DNA of 64,000 nt, from NCBI GenBank assembly GCA_964291265.2, contig OZ219747.1, forward strand, positions 4,320,001 through 4,384,000, given 5' to 3'. Both the position numbers and the translations under genes were made by a program. This stretch comes from Alphaproteobacteria bacterium. Lineage in GTDB: Bacteria; Pseudomonadota; Alphaproteobacteria; SP197. The notes below the pieces were generated by a model. That model was not told the origin of the DNA. It did no database searches and saw only the letters and a list, made by a program, of their open reading frames with translations. Shown here piece after piece: positions 50,792 to 59,951 of the stretch (position 1 is the first letter of the stretch; each line of letters begins with the position of its first letter).

Positions 50792-50839
50792 TTGACAACA
50801 GTATCGTTGCCAACTATATTGTTGCCAGCAACTGGGTTG
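50792..50839 (+). promoter_or_regulatory. Near-consensus sigma70 promoter overlapped by tandem palindromic operators
   Basis: TTGACA(50792)-17 nt-TATATT(50815); CAAC-N6-GTTG at 50796-50809 and 50811-50824, plus CAAC-N3-GTTG at 50829-50839. Confidence 0.75.
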
Positions 50840-50848
50840 GGTGGAAAC

Positions 50849-52105
50849 ATGATGCGAAAAGGTGGCAGCAACTGGGTCGACGGAGAGAACTTCTTCGACC
50901 GCGAGACTGAGCTCAAAGTACTGGAAGAGCGGGTGCGGGAGAGAACCCACACCCTGGTGACCGCGCAGCGGCGAATGGGCAAGACGAGTCTCGTCCGGGA
51001 GCTACAGCGCCGTTTGGTCGAAGCAGGAGAGTTCGAGGTCGTCTTCGTCGATCTCGAGGCTGCCTTCGATCCGGCCGATGCAATAGCCGAAATCGCGGTT
51101 CAGGCGAGACCGGTACGCACGGCGTGGGATCGGATCAAGGCCGACTCCGCCAATCTCGTGAGGAATGTCGGCGATCTGGTCGAGGAACTGTCGGTTGCAG
51201 ATCGGAAGGTGAAGCTGCGGGCCGGGATCGATGCCGGCAACTGGCAGCAGAGAGGTGACGCGATCTTCGCCGCCCTGGCGGAAAGCGGCCGGCCGGTCGT
51301 GCTCGCGATCGACGAGTTGCCGATACTCGTCAACCGGCTGCTGAAAGACAAGACGGGACGCATGACGCCTGAGGGGAAGCGGACAGCGGAGGCGTTTCTG
51401 AGCTGGCTGCGCAAGGCGGGGCAAGTCCATCAGGACCGGCTCACGCTGATCCTGTCGGGGAGCGTGAGCCTGGAGCCGCTGCTGGAACAGGCCGGACTGA
51501 GCGCCCAGGCCAACATCCTTTCTCCCTATGACCTGAAGCCGTGGAACGAGGAAACGGCCGTTTCCTGCCTGGACGCGCTTGCCAGGTCGTATGAAATCGG
51601 TCTCGCTTTGGAAATCCAGCGGGAGATGTGCCGTAGACTGCGTTGCTGCATCCCGCATCATGTCCAGATGTTCTTCGACAGGATGCACGATCATCTGCGG
51701 CGCGCCGGGCGCAAGGACGCGTCGCTGGAAGATGTGGAACAAGTCTATGTGCGGGAGATGCTGGGCGTTCGGGGACAGGTGGACCTGCAGCATTACGAGA
51801 GCCGGCTGGAGTTGGTCCTCGGGAGGGCCGGCTACACGGTGGCGCTGGAGATTCTGACGGCAACGGCGGTCGACGGCACTATCGCCACTGAAACGGTCGA
51901 CCGGTATCGCAACTGGTTCGCAGTGCGTGAGGTGCAGGATGGAGATGGCACTCTTGCGGTCGACCACGTGCTGCACGTGCTGCAGCACGACGGCTACCTG
52001 GAATCCGGGCACGGCGGTTACAGGTTCGTGTCCGGATTCGTCAAGGACTGGTGGCGCGGGCGCTACGGGCAGGGGTTCGTGCCCGCCTTCGACCGGCAGC
52101 GCTGA
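50849..52105 (+). CDS. STAND-like/archaeal-ATPase-type P-loop ATPase with C-terminal wHTH
   Basis: FFDRETEL, Walker A AQRRMGKTS, Walker B LAIDE, LSGS, IPHHVQ, C-terminal LQHDGYL...YRFVSGFVKDWW; ATG 50849. Confidence 0.85.
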   Translation: MMRKGGSNWVDGENFFDRETELKVLEERVRERTHTLVTAQRRMGKTSLVRELQRRLVEAGEFEVVFVDLEAAFDPADAIAEIAVQARPVRTAWDRIKADSANLVRNVGDLVEELSVADRKVKLRAGIDAGNWQQRGDAIFAALAESGRPVVLAIDELPILVNRLLKDKTGRMTPEGKRTAEAFLSWLRKAGQVHQDRLTLILSGSVSLEPLLEQAGLSAQANILSPYDLKPWNEETAVSCLDALARSYEIGLALEIQREMCRRLRCCIPHHVQMFFDRMHDHLRRAGRKDASLEDVEQVYVREMLGVRGQVDLQHYESRLELVLGRAGYTVALEILTATAVDGTIATETVDRYRNWFAVREVQDGDGTLAVDHVLHVLQHDGYLESGHGGYRFVSGFVKDWWRGRYGQGFVPAFDRQR

Positions 52106-52120
52106 GAGGGAATCGGATCG

Positions 52121-55100
52121 GTGGCGGCGGGCCCCAGAAAATACAACCCGGGCTTTCTCTCGATCGACGAACGGGTCGCGACCTTCTGCGTCCGGACGGC
52201 CGAATACGATTCCCTGATCGAGGCGCTGCGCGAGTGCACTGGCAGCGCGAACACCCATCAGATCGTGATCGGACCGCGTGGCTGCGGAAAGACGAGCCTC
52301 CTGCTGCGGGTGGACGCGGAGGTCCTGCGCGATGCCGATCTCTCGATGCGCTTCTTTCCGATCGTCTTCGCGGAGGAAAGCTACGAGGTCTCGACCGCCG
52401 GCGAGTTCTGGCTCGAATGCCTGTCCCGGCTGGCTGACCAGGCGCCGCGCCGGGATGGTGATGTCAACCTGCACCGCACCTTCGAGGAGATGCGCACCAT
52501 CCAGGACGACCGGGCGTTGGAGGGCCGGTGCCTCGGCGTGCTACAGGATTTTGCCGACCGGGAAAACAAGCGCCTCGTGCTGATCGTCGAGAACCTGAAC
52601 ATGATGTTCAGGGACATGGGCGACGACGACGCGGGCTGGCGGATGCGGAAGGTGCTGCAGACCGAACCGCGGATCGTTCTGCTGGCAAGCGCGACAAGCC
52701 GGTTCGAGCAGATGGACGATCCGAAAGAAGCGCTCTACGAGCTCTTCCGGGTGATCCCGTTGCATCCGCTCGACACGGAAGACTGCGCGACCCTGTGGCA
52801 AACCATATCGGGGCAGGCGCGGGCGCCACAGACGATCCAGGCTTTGCGGATTCTCACGGGCGGCAACCCTAGGCTGCTGACGATCGTGGCCCGGTTCGGC
52901 GCGTATCTGTCGTTCCGCGAGCTGATGGCCGATCTTCTCGATCTGGTCGATGACCATACCGAGTATTTCAAGAGCCACCTCGATGCGCTCCCCGCGCAGG
53001 AGCGGAAGGTGTATCTCGCCCTCGCTGCCCTGTGGAAACCGGCAAATGCGCGCGAGATCGCGGAGCGGGCCAGGCTCGGCACCAGCAAGTGCAGTGCCCA
53101 GTTGGCCCGTCTCATCGACAGGGGCGCGGTCGAGGTGAGCGGCGGCAGCGCGCGACGCAAGCTCTATTATCTGACCGAACGGCTCTACAACATCTACTAC
53201 CTGATGCGCCGGGCGCACGGACCGGAGCCGCTGATCGACGCGCTGATCCGTTTCATGGAGGCATATTATTCCACCGATCAGTTGCGGGACTTCGGGGCCC
53301 GCGTGGCGCGTGAAGCGCCGGGGTTCGACGGGAATGCGTTGGCGATCTACCGGATCGCATTCGAGCGTCTTGTCAGACTTCCGTCCCTGGAGGCACACCG
53401 CGAAGAACTGCTTTCTCTTGCGCCGCCTGACTTGGCGCATGCGCCCGGTGAGTCTTCTCCGGAGTCCCCCATTGCACCGTCGGCCGCGAGGGAACTCTTC
53501 GAGAATGCACTGGCGCTCGCGGAAAACGATAGGTTGGAGGAGGCCGTGGCGGCTTGGGACGAGGTCGTCCGGACGTTCTGGGAGAGTGATGCAGCGACGG
53601 ATCTCGAGCACGTGTCGATGGCGCTCGTCAACAAGGGAAAGGCGTTGAGCAGGCTCGGGAGGGCAGAAGAAGCGCTGGCAGCCTGGAACGAGACCGCTCG
53701 ACGTTTCGACAAGAGTCGGGTGCCGGCGCTTGAGGTAGCCGTGGTGAACGCGCTGCATGGGAAGGCGATCGCGCTCAACACATTGAACCGGCACCGGGAA
53801 GCTATGGAGACTTGCGACGAAGTGCTGGAACGCGTCGGTAACAGCAGTTCGCCGGCACTTCAGGGAGAATTGGCGGCAGCGATGGTCGAACGGGGTCACG
53901 CGCTGATCTTGCTGAACCACGCCGACGAGGCCATGGATGCCTGGGGCGCCGTGGTGGAACGTTTCGGAAGGAGCGACTCTCCCAGAATCGTCGAACCGGT
54001 AGCCGCGACCTTCGCCAACATCGGCACGGGCCTCCTTCAGTCGGGCCGATTGAAGGAGGCGCTCGCCGCGTTCGAAAGGGCCATGCAGAGCTGCAAGGCA
54101 AGCGATACGCCGATCCTTCGACAAGTGACAGCGCACTGTTTCGCCAACAGAGGCCACGTGCTGGCTGCGTTGGAGAGGGAAACGGAAGCACTCTCGTCCT
54201 GGGAAGAAGTGATCAGGGGCTTCGAGGCGGGCGGTTTCCCGGATGGAGCAGAACCGTATTGCGACGCGCTGACCAACAGTGCGGCTGTGCTGCACAACGC
54301 CGGCAGGTACGAGGAAGCCCTGCAGCTGTGGGGCAAGGTGGCGGAACGCTTCGAGGACAACAACGAGCCCGTCATCCTTGCCATGGTTGCGAATGCCGAG
54401 AGGAACAGGGGCATCTTGTTGGAACGGTTGGACCGTTACGAAGAGGCGCTCGCGGTCTGGCAGCAGGTCGAAGACCGCTTCGGAAACAGTGACATGCCGG
54501 AGTGGGTCACGCTGGCCGCAATCTCCTTTCAGCACAAATGCACCATCCTGTTCGAACTGAACCGGAAGGAAGAGGCGCTCGAAACCTGTGACCGGGCGAT
54601 CGATCTCTTGGGAAAGAGTATCGTGCCGGGAGTTGTCGATACGGTCGCACAGATTCTCCTCGGCAAGGGTATCGTACTCGATACTGCGCAGAGGAACCAA
54701 GAGGCGCTGGCGGTCTGGGACGAGGTTATCCAGCGCTTCGAAGCGAGCGATGTGCTTGCGCTTCGCGACGCGGCGGAAGCCGCACTGTGCAGCCGGGCGC
54801 AGCACGAATTGACAGAAGGCCGCACAAGGGCTGCTCTTGGATTTCTCGACCGAGCGCTGCAGCAGGGGCGAGCGGGAACTCCGGACAGCAGAGTGCGGGG
54901 TCATTTGATCCGGGCCCGTGGGCACCTGGCGGAAGGCGATGGCGAATCGGGTGCCCGTGATGTCGAGACGGCACTGTCGATCCTCCCTGAACTGGAAGTG
55001 CTGCCGAGGGACTTGGTGGTGGATCTGGCCGATCTTTCCAGGTGCGTTGGACCGGAGAGGATGTGCGATCTGATCAAGTCGTCGCCCGTCGGCGATCTCC

Positions 55101-55213
55101 TGCTTCCGTTGAGGACGGCGCTTGAACGGGAACTCGGGTTGGAGCCGAGGGTGGCTAGGGAAGTCGAAGAGATTGCCGAAGACATACGTCGGGAATTGCT
55201 CACCCCTCCGTAA
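52121..55213 (+). CDS. STAND-like ATPase + wHTH + TPR-like repeat protein
   Basis: KYNPG, Walker A GPRGCGKTS, atypical Walker B LIVENL, GGNPR, HTH (AREIAERARL..SAQLARL), about ten 43-aa helical repeats; GTG start. Confidence 0.87.
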   Translation: MAAGPRKYNPGFLSIDERVATFCVRTAEYDSLIEALRECTGSANTHQIVIGPRGCGKTSLLLRVDAEVLRDADLSMRFFPIVFAEESYEVSTAGEFWLECLSRLADQAPRRDGDVNLHRTFEEMRTIQDDRALEGRCLGVLQDFADRENKRLVLIVENLNMMFRDMGDDDAGWRMRKVLQTEPRIVLLASATSRFEQMDDPKEALYELFRVIPLHPLDTEDCATLWQTISGQARAPQTIQALRILTGGNPRLLTIVARFGAYLSFRELMADLLDLVDDHTEYFKSHLDALPAQERKVYLALAALWKPANAREIAERARLGTSKCSAQLARLIDRGAVEVSGGSARRKLYYLTERLYNIYYLMRRAHGPEPLIDALIRFMEAYYSTDQLRDFGARVAREAPGFDGNALAIYRIAFERLVRLPSLEAHREELLSLAPPDLAHAPGESSPESPIAPSAARELFENALALAENDRLEEAVAAWDEVVRTFWESDAATDLEHVSMALVNKGKALSRLGRAEEALAAWNETARRFDKSRVPALEVAVVNALHGKAIALNTLNRHREAMETCDEVLERVGNSSSPALQGELAAAMVERGHALILLNHADEAMDAWGAVVERFGRSDSPRIVEPVAATFANIGTGLLQSGRLKEALAAFERAMQSCKASDTPILRQVTAHCFANRGHVLAALERETEALSSWEEVIRGFEAGGFPDGAEPYCDALTNSAAVLHNAGRYEEALQLWGKVAERFEDNNEPVILAMVANAERNRGILLERLDRYEEALAVWQQVEDRFGNSDMPEWVTLAAISFQHKCTILFELNRKEEALETCDRAIDLLGKSIVPGVVDTVAQILLGKGIVLDTAQRNQEALAVWDEVIQRFEASDVLALRDAAEAALCSRAQHELTEGRTRAALGFLDRALQQGRAGTPDSRVRGHLIRARGHLAEGDGESGARDVETALSILPELEVLPRDLVVDLADLSRCVGPERMCDLIKSSPVGDLLLPLRTALERELGLEPRVAREVEEIAEDIRRELLTPP
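53492..54781 (+). repeat. Ten tandem 129-nt (43-aa) TPR-like coding repeats
   Basis: Consensus roughly ALxNxGxxLxxLxRxEEALxxWxEVxxRFxxSxxPxLxxxVAx, in exact 43-residue register, plus a partial eleventh copy. Confidence 0.85.
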
Positions 55214-55660
55214 CCGTTCGGTCAAGCCGTGGAACCCTCGGACCCGTACAGGAGATCAGGAAAAACGGCCTGGGTTTCCGGTAAGGGTGATCGTTCGCGA
55301 CCGCCACTCGGCCAAACCGTCACGGCTTCACCGAAAGGAGTCCGATTTCCCGGCAAGCGCAGCGAGAACGCGAGCGTGCCAATCGGATCACAAGCACCCG
55401 AGTTCTTGTCTCGATGGATGATTGCGGATTCCATGGCCCCAATCCGGGGGACTTCAATAGTGGCGTCATACATCCAGTTATGTCACACATACCTCGAATG
55501 GAAGAACCTGGCAGGGATGCCGAAACGGGCGCGCCGTGGTGAGTCGCTTGCTTGCCACGGAAATCATCATCGGATCATGGGCTCATGTGATCTTGCCCCG
55601 GGCAGGGGGTGGTGCTAGCGTCGGCGCCGCTCTGCACTCCCAACATCAGGCAGCGATGTC

Positions 55661-56221
55661 ATGAAGATCGACGGCAACGCGATCCGTCCCGGCATGGTGA
55701 TCCACCACAAGGACCGGCTCCTGGTCGCCACCAGGATCCAGCACACCCAGCCCGGCAAGGGCGGCGCCTATCTCCAGGTGGAACTCAAGGACATCCGCGA
55801 CGGCACGAAGCTCAACGAACGGTTCCGATCGTCGGAGTCCGTGGAACGGGTCAGGCTCTGGGACACGCCGCACCAGTTCCTCTTTGGCGACGCGGATTCC
55901 TTCACGTTCATGAACTCCGAGACCTTCGAGCAGACGGTCATCCACCGTGACATGCTGGGTTCCGACGCAGCCTTCCTCCAGGACGGCATGGAAGTCATGA
56001 TCCAGTCTCACGAAGACGAGGTTGTCGGCGTCTCCCTGCCGGAGACGGTCGTTCTCGCCATCGTCGAAACCGAAGCGGTGGTCAAGGGGCAGACAGCCGC
56101 GTCGTCCTACAAGCCCGCCATTCTCGAGAACGGACTGCGCATCATGGTTCCACCCCACGTCGAGACCGGCGTCAGGGTGGTGGTCAATACCGTGGATGCG
56201 ACCTATCGGGAACGCGCGTAA
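55661..56221 (+). CDS. efp: Elongation factor P
   Basis: PGKGGAY loop, KGQTAASSYKPAILENG, VPPHV, YRERA. Confidence 0.96.
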   Translation: MKIDGNAIRPGMVIHHKDRLLVATRIQHTQPGKGGAYLQVELKDIRDGTKLNERFRSSESVERVRLWDTPHQFLFGDADSFTFMNSETFEQTVIHRDMLGSDAAFLQDGMEVMIQSHEDEVVGVSLPETVVLAIVETEAVVKGQTAASSYKPAILENGLRIMVPPHVETGVRVVVNTVDATYRERA

Positions 56222-56237
56222 GGAATGATCGGCGGTC

Positions 56238-56978
56238 TTGGCCTATCAATCACCCCTCATCACCGTCATGGCGAAGGCAGCATCGAAGGCCGCTGTCGCC
56301 CTGATTCGGGATTACAACGAGGCCGACAACCTGGTGTCGTCGATGGCGGGCGCGGCACGGTTCATCGAGGCGTCGAGACGTCGTGCGAACGAGACCATCA
56401 GACGGGAACTCGCTCGTGCTCGTCCGGATTTCTCCTTCGATGACCAGGCACCGGGCAGCCGCTGGATTCTCACTGCCCTTGATGGTGTGAGCAACCTCGT
56501 CCATGCCATTCCCCATGCCTCCATAGCCGTCGCCGTCGAGATGACCGGCGAGACCGTCGCCGGTGTCGTCCTCGACCCGCTGAGGGATGAACTCTTCTGG
56601 GCCGAAAAAGGACACGGCGCCTTCATGCGATCACGACGACTGCGGGTGTCCCGGACCAGATCACTCTCCGGAAGCGTCCTTGCCCACGGCGACGGCGTAC
56701 CGAGCGCACTCGGCATCGCCCGGCTGCTGAAACAGGGTCCCCGGCTGCGTTGCCTCGGCGCTCCCTCACTCGATCTCGCCTGGCTGGCGGCGGGCAGGCT
56801 TGACGGATACTGGGCGGACGCCGCCGACCCGGACAATCTGGCGGCCGGCACCATCCTGATCCAGGAAGCGGGGGGTATCGTCACCCGAATCGATGGCAGC
56901 CCGCCCGGCGGCGCGCCACCTTCCGTCCTTGCCGGGAATTCAGGCGTCCACGGGCACATGCTCCGGTCGCTTGCCTGA
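56238..56978 (+). CDS. suhB: Inositol monophosphatase family protein with degenerate active site
   Basis: AASKAAVALIRDY, ELFWAEKGHGAF, RCLGAPSLDLAWLAAGRLDGYW, IQEAGG; efp-suhB synteny; TTG start. Confidence 0.8.
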   Translation: MAYQSPLITVMAKAASKAAVALIRDYNEADNLVSSMAGAARFIEASRRRANETIRRELARARPDFSFDDQAPGSRWILTALDGVSNLVHAIPHASIAVAVEMTGETVAGVVLDPLRDELFWAEKGHGAFMRSRRLRVSRTRSLSGSVLAHGDGVPSALGIARLLKQGPRLRCLGAPSLDLAWLAAGRLDGYWADAADPDNLAAGTILIQEAGGIVTRIDGSPPGGAPPSVLAGNSGVHGHMLRSLA

Positions 56979-57118
56979 CACAATGCCGCCACCGTGCGGT
57001 GATCGATGGACGACACACTCAAGTCCATGGTAACCACGCCCAACGAGGGTTGCCGACAAGCAGTCTCGGTGGGACGAACCGGTGAGCCGGAGCATGTCGG
57101 GTTGATGTGGAGCATCGC

Positions 57119-58270
57119 ATGACGCGCCCGAACCGCTACATCATCAGGATGGCTGCGTTCCTCCTCGTTGTGCTGGTCATCGCCGCCTTCCTGTCAGCGA
57201 CGCTGCTCGTCGCCTTCCAGGCGAACCCCCTGCTCAACGGGCTGATTCTCGGCGTCCTTCTGTTCGGCATCCTCTATGTCTTCCGGCAACCCCAGATGCT
57301 CTACCGGGAGGTCGCCTGGATCGACAGTTTCCGCACGTCGCATGCTGGCATCCAGACAACCCCCCGGCTGCTCGTGCCGATGGCCGCCATGCTCGGCAAG
57401 CGCCGGTCTTCCGGTGCAGGGTTCAGCCTCACCCCGACGTCGACGCGCTCGATCCTCGACAGCATCGGCGCCAGACTCGACGAGTCCCGCGAGATTTCGC
57501 GGTACCTCATCGGTCTCCTCATCTTTCTCGGACTGCTGGGAACCTTCTGGGGTCTCATCAAGACCATCGGCGGAGTCAGCGCGACGCTCACCACGCTCAA
57601 TCTCGACCCCGGACAGGACATTGTCGGTCTCTTCGAAAGCCTCAAGGAAGGCATGGCGTCGCCCCTGTCAGGCATGGGGACGGCCTTCAGCTCGTCACTC
57701 TTCGGACTTGCCGGATCCCTGATCCTCGGCTTTCTCGACCTGCAGTCCGGTCAGGCCCTCAACCGGTTCTACAACGAACTGGAGGAGTGGCTGTCATCCG
57801 TGACACGACTCCATTCCGAACGTGGCGACGGTGACACCCCGGATGGGGGTGACGCACCGGCCTACGTCAGCGCCCTCCTCGAGAAGACCGCCGAGAGCCT
57901 CGACCGCCTCAGCATCACCCTCGACAAGAACTTCGCGAACCACAGGCAGATCGACGAGAAGATCTCCACGCTCACGGACAGACTCGTCTCCATGGTCGAC
58001 CGCATCGGCGCCGAGCAGAGACAGCTCGGCACGCTGATCGAGAGCCTGGCGGATCTCAGGGTGGTCATCCACAACCTGATCGAGACACAGAGGAGCACTG
58101 CCTTCGACGAAGCCAGCCGGATGCATCTTCGCAATCTCGACGATGCCATGGGCCGCCTCGTCGAGGAGACCGCTTCGGGACGGAGTGCCATCGCCAACGA
58201 CGTGCGCTCGGAAATCAGGTTGCTGGCACGCACCATCGCGGCGGTACGCTCCGACGACGGAGGCACCTAG
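57119..58270 (+). CDS. MotA/TolQ/ExbB-like membrane protein
   Basis: YLIGLLIFLGLLGTFWGL, LSGMGTAFSSSLFGLAGSL, FYNELEEWL, RSEIRLLARTI. Confidence 0.85.
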   Translation: MTRPNRYIIRMAAFLLVVLVIAAFLSATLLVAFQANPLLNGLILGVLLFGILYVFRQPQMLYREVAWIDSFRTSHAGIQTTPRLLVPMAAMLGKRRSSGAGFSLTPTSTRSILDSIGARLDESREISRYLIGLLIFLGLLGTFWGLIKTIGGVSATLTTLNLDPGQDIVGLFESLKEGMASPLSGMGTAFSSSLFGLAGSLILGFLDLQSGQALNRFYNELEEWLSSVTRLHSERGDGDTPDGGDAPAYVSALLEKTAESLDRLSITLDKNFANHRQIDEKISTLTDRLVSMVDRIGAEQRQLGTLIESLADLRVVIHNLIETQRSTAFDEASRMHLRNLDDAMGRLVEETASGRSAIANDVRSEIRLLARTIAAVRSDDGGT

Positions 58271-58274
58271 GTTC

Positions 58275-59951
58275 ATGGCCTCCCGCGGCCGCCGTACGCA
58301 GTCGGGTGGTGAGACCTGGGCCGGATTTGTCGATGCGCTGTCAGCCTTGCTGATGGTGCTGATCTTCGCCCTGTCGGTCTTCATGATGGCACAGCTCTTC
58401 CAGGGAGCCGCCCTGACCGGCCAGAACCAGGTGATGAGTCGGCTGCAGGCCCGGATCAATGACCTCACCGACATGCTGTCCCTGGAACGCGACAACAACG
58501 CGACGGTCCGCGAACAGCTGACACGGCTCTCGGCAGAACTTCAGCAGTCGGCGGCAGCCCGGGATCACGCGAACCGGTCGCTCGCCCTCCTGTCGAGTGA
58601 GCACGACGCACTGCAAGCGGAACGTTCGGCTCTTGAGGCGAGAGTGCTCGCCAGCGAACGGGAGCTTGACGATGCGCGGGCACACCTCCAACTGTTGGCA
58701 GAAGATCTCGACGGCACTCGGGACGATGCGGCGGCCAGCAAGGACGCTCTGGCGCGCAGGTCGGTTCAACTCGCCAGCCTGCAGCGCGACATCGATGCCC
58801 TCGAGCAGGTACGGCGCAATCTCGAAGGTGAAGTCGGACGCTTGTTGCTGGTTCTTGAGGAGGCCCAGGTCCTTGAAGCGGACCTCGAGCGCCGCTTGGC
58901 AGATCTGGACGCCGAACTCTCGCAGACACGAACCGCGCTCGCTCAACGCGAGACGGAGCTGAGCCTCACCGAGGCCGGTCTCCAGGAGTCACGGGGCAGA
59001 GAGGAAGAACTCGCACAGACCCTCAAGACAGAGCGCAGCGAACTCGAACGCCTTGCTCTCCTGCTCCGGCAGTCCCGCGAGGCGGAGGAGCGGACGGCCG
59101 AGGCGCTCGCAGCGAGAGAACTGCAACTCGAGGATGCAGGGACAAGAATTGACCAACTCATCGCGTCACTCTCCTCCGTGCGCGACCGTACGCTGGAACT
59201 GGAAGCCGAGCTTTCCACCGAAGAGGAACGCAACCTTCTCGCCCAACGGGAAGTGGCCGACAGCAACCAGCAAATCACCGAACTCACACGGCGGCTCGGC
59301 ATCGTCGAGGGCGAACGGGATCGGGCTGTGGAACTGGGTGGTTCGCAGGCACAGCAGATCGCCGACCTGCGAGACCGCCTGGCCTCGCTCAACAGTGTCC
59401 TCGAGGCAGCCGAGATCAAGGCTGCCCAGGATCTGGTGCAGATCACGTCGCTGGGCGAGAGGCTCAATGCCGCGCTGGCTGCCCGGGTTCAGGATCTCAG
59501 CCGTTATCAGAGCGACTTCCTGGCCCGCCTGCACGACCATCTCGGCAACCGGGAGGGCGTGAAGGTCGAGGGTGACCGATTCATCATCCAGTCGGGTGTG
59601 CTTTTCTCCAGCGGCAGCGCGGACATTTCCGAAGCGGGCCGGGAGAACCTGCGTCAGATTGCGGACCTCATCCGTGGACTTGTCTCCGACATCCCCGACG
59701 ATGTGGACTGGATCCTCAGGGTGGACGGCCACACCGACTCGAAGCCGATCCAGACGACCCGGTTCCCGAGCAACTGGGAGCTGTCGACGGCCCGCGCCAC
59801 CTCCGTCGTCCGCTTCCTGATCTCCCTGGGTGTGCCCGAACATCGCCTGATGGCCGCCGGTCTCAGCGAATTCCGGCCCCTTGCCGCCGGAGAGGATACC
59901 GACACCATGCAGCGCAATCGCCGAATCGAATTCAAGCTGACCGACCCTTGA
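58275..59951 (+). CDS. OmpA/MotB-family peptidoglycan-binding protein with long coiled coil
   Basis: WAGFVDALSALLMV TM segment, long heptad region, VDGHTD, NWELSTARA, NRRIEFKL. Confidence 0.88.
   Translation: MASRGRRTQSGGETWAGFVDALSALLMVLIFALSVFMMAQLFQGAALTGQNQVMSRLQARINDLTDMLSLERDNNATVREQLTRLSAELQQSAAARDHANRSLALLSSEHDALQAERSALEARVLASERELDDARAHLQLLAEDLDGTRDDAAASKDALARRSVQLASLQRDIDALEQVRRNLEGEVGRLLLVLEEAQVLEADLERRLADLDAELSQTRTALAQRETELSLTEAGLQESRGREEELAQTLKTERSELERLALLLRQSREAEERTAEALAARELQLEDAGTRIDQLIASLSSVRDRTLELEAELSTEEERNLLAQREVADSNQQITELTRRLGIVEGERDRAVELGGSQAQQIADLRDRLASLNSVLEAAEIKAAQDLVQITSLGERLNAALAARVQDLSRYQSDFLARLHDHLGNREGVKVEGDRFIIQSGVLFSSGSADISEAGRENLRQIADLIRGLVSDIPDDVDWILRVDGHTDSKPIQTTRFPSNWELSTARATSVVRFLISLGVPEHRLMAAGLSEFRPLAAGEDTDTMQRNRRIEFKLTDP

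Noticed and set aside
52541-55225. 894-aa minus-strand ORF, and similar long ORFs such as 39955-41709, 25270-26988 and 51002-52474
   Set aside because: Antisense shadows of well-supported genes, expected in GC-rich DNA; they contain no family motifs.
55214-55660. Possible IS end or small gene at the right island border
   Set aside because: Only weak similarity (GGATTGGGGCCATGG) to the 13.6-kb relic and no credible ORF; not supportable by eye.
37443-55660. Prophage or ICE
   Set aside because: No integrase, structural, replication or conjugation genes.
57119-59951. Zorya (ZorA/ZorB) or flagellar stator
   Set aside because: It sits in core efp-suhB synteny outside the island, with no ZorC/D/E or flagellar genes nearby.
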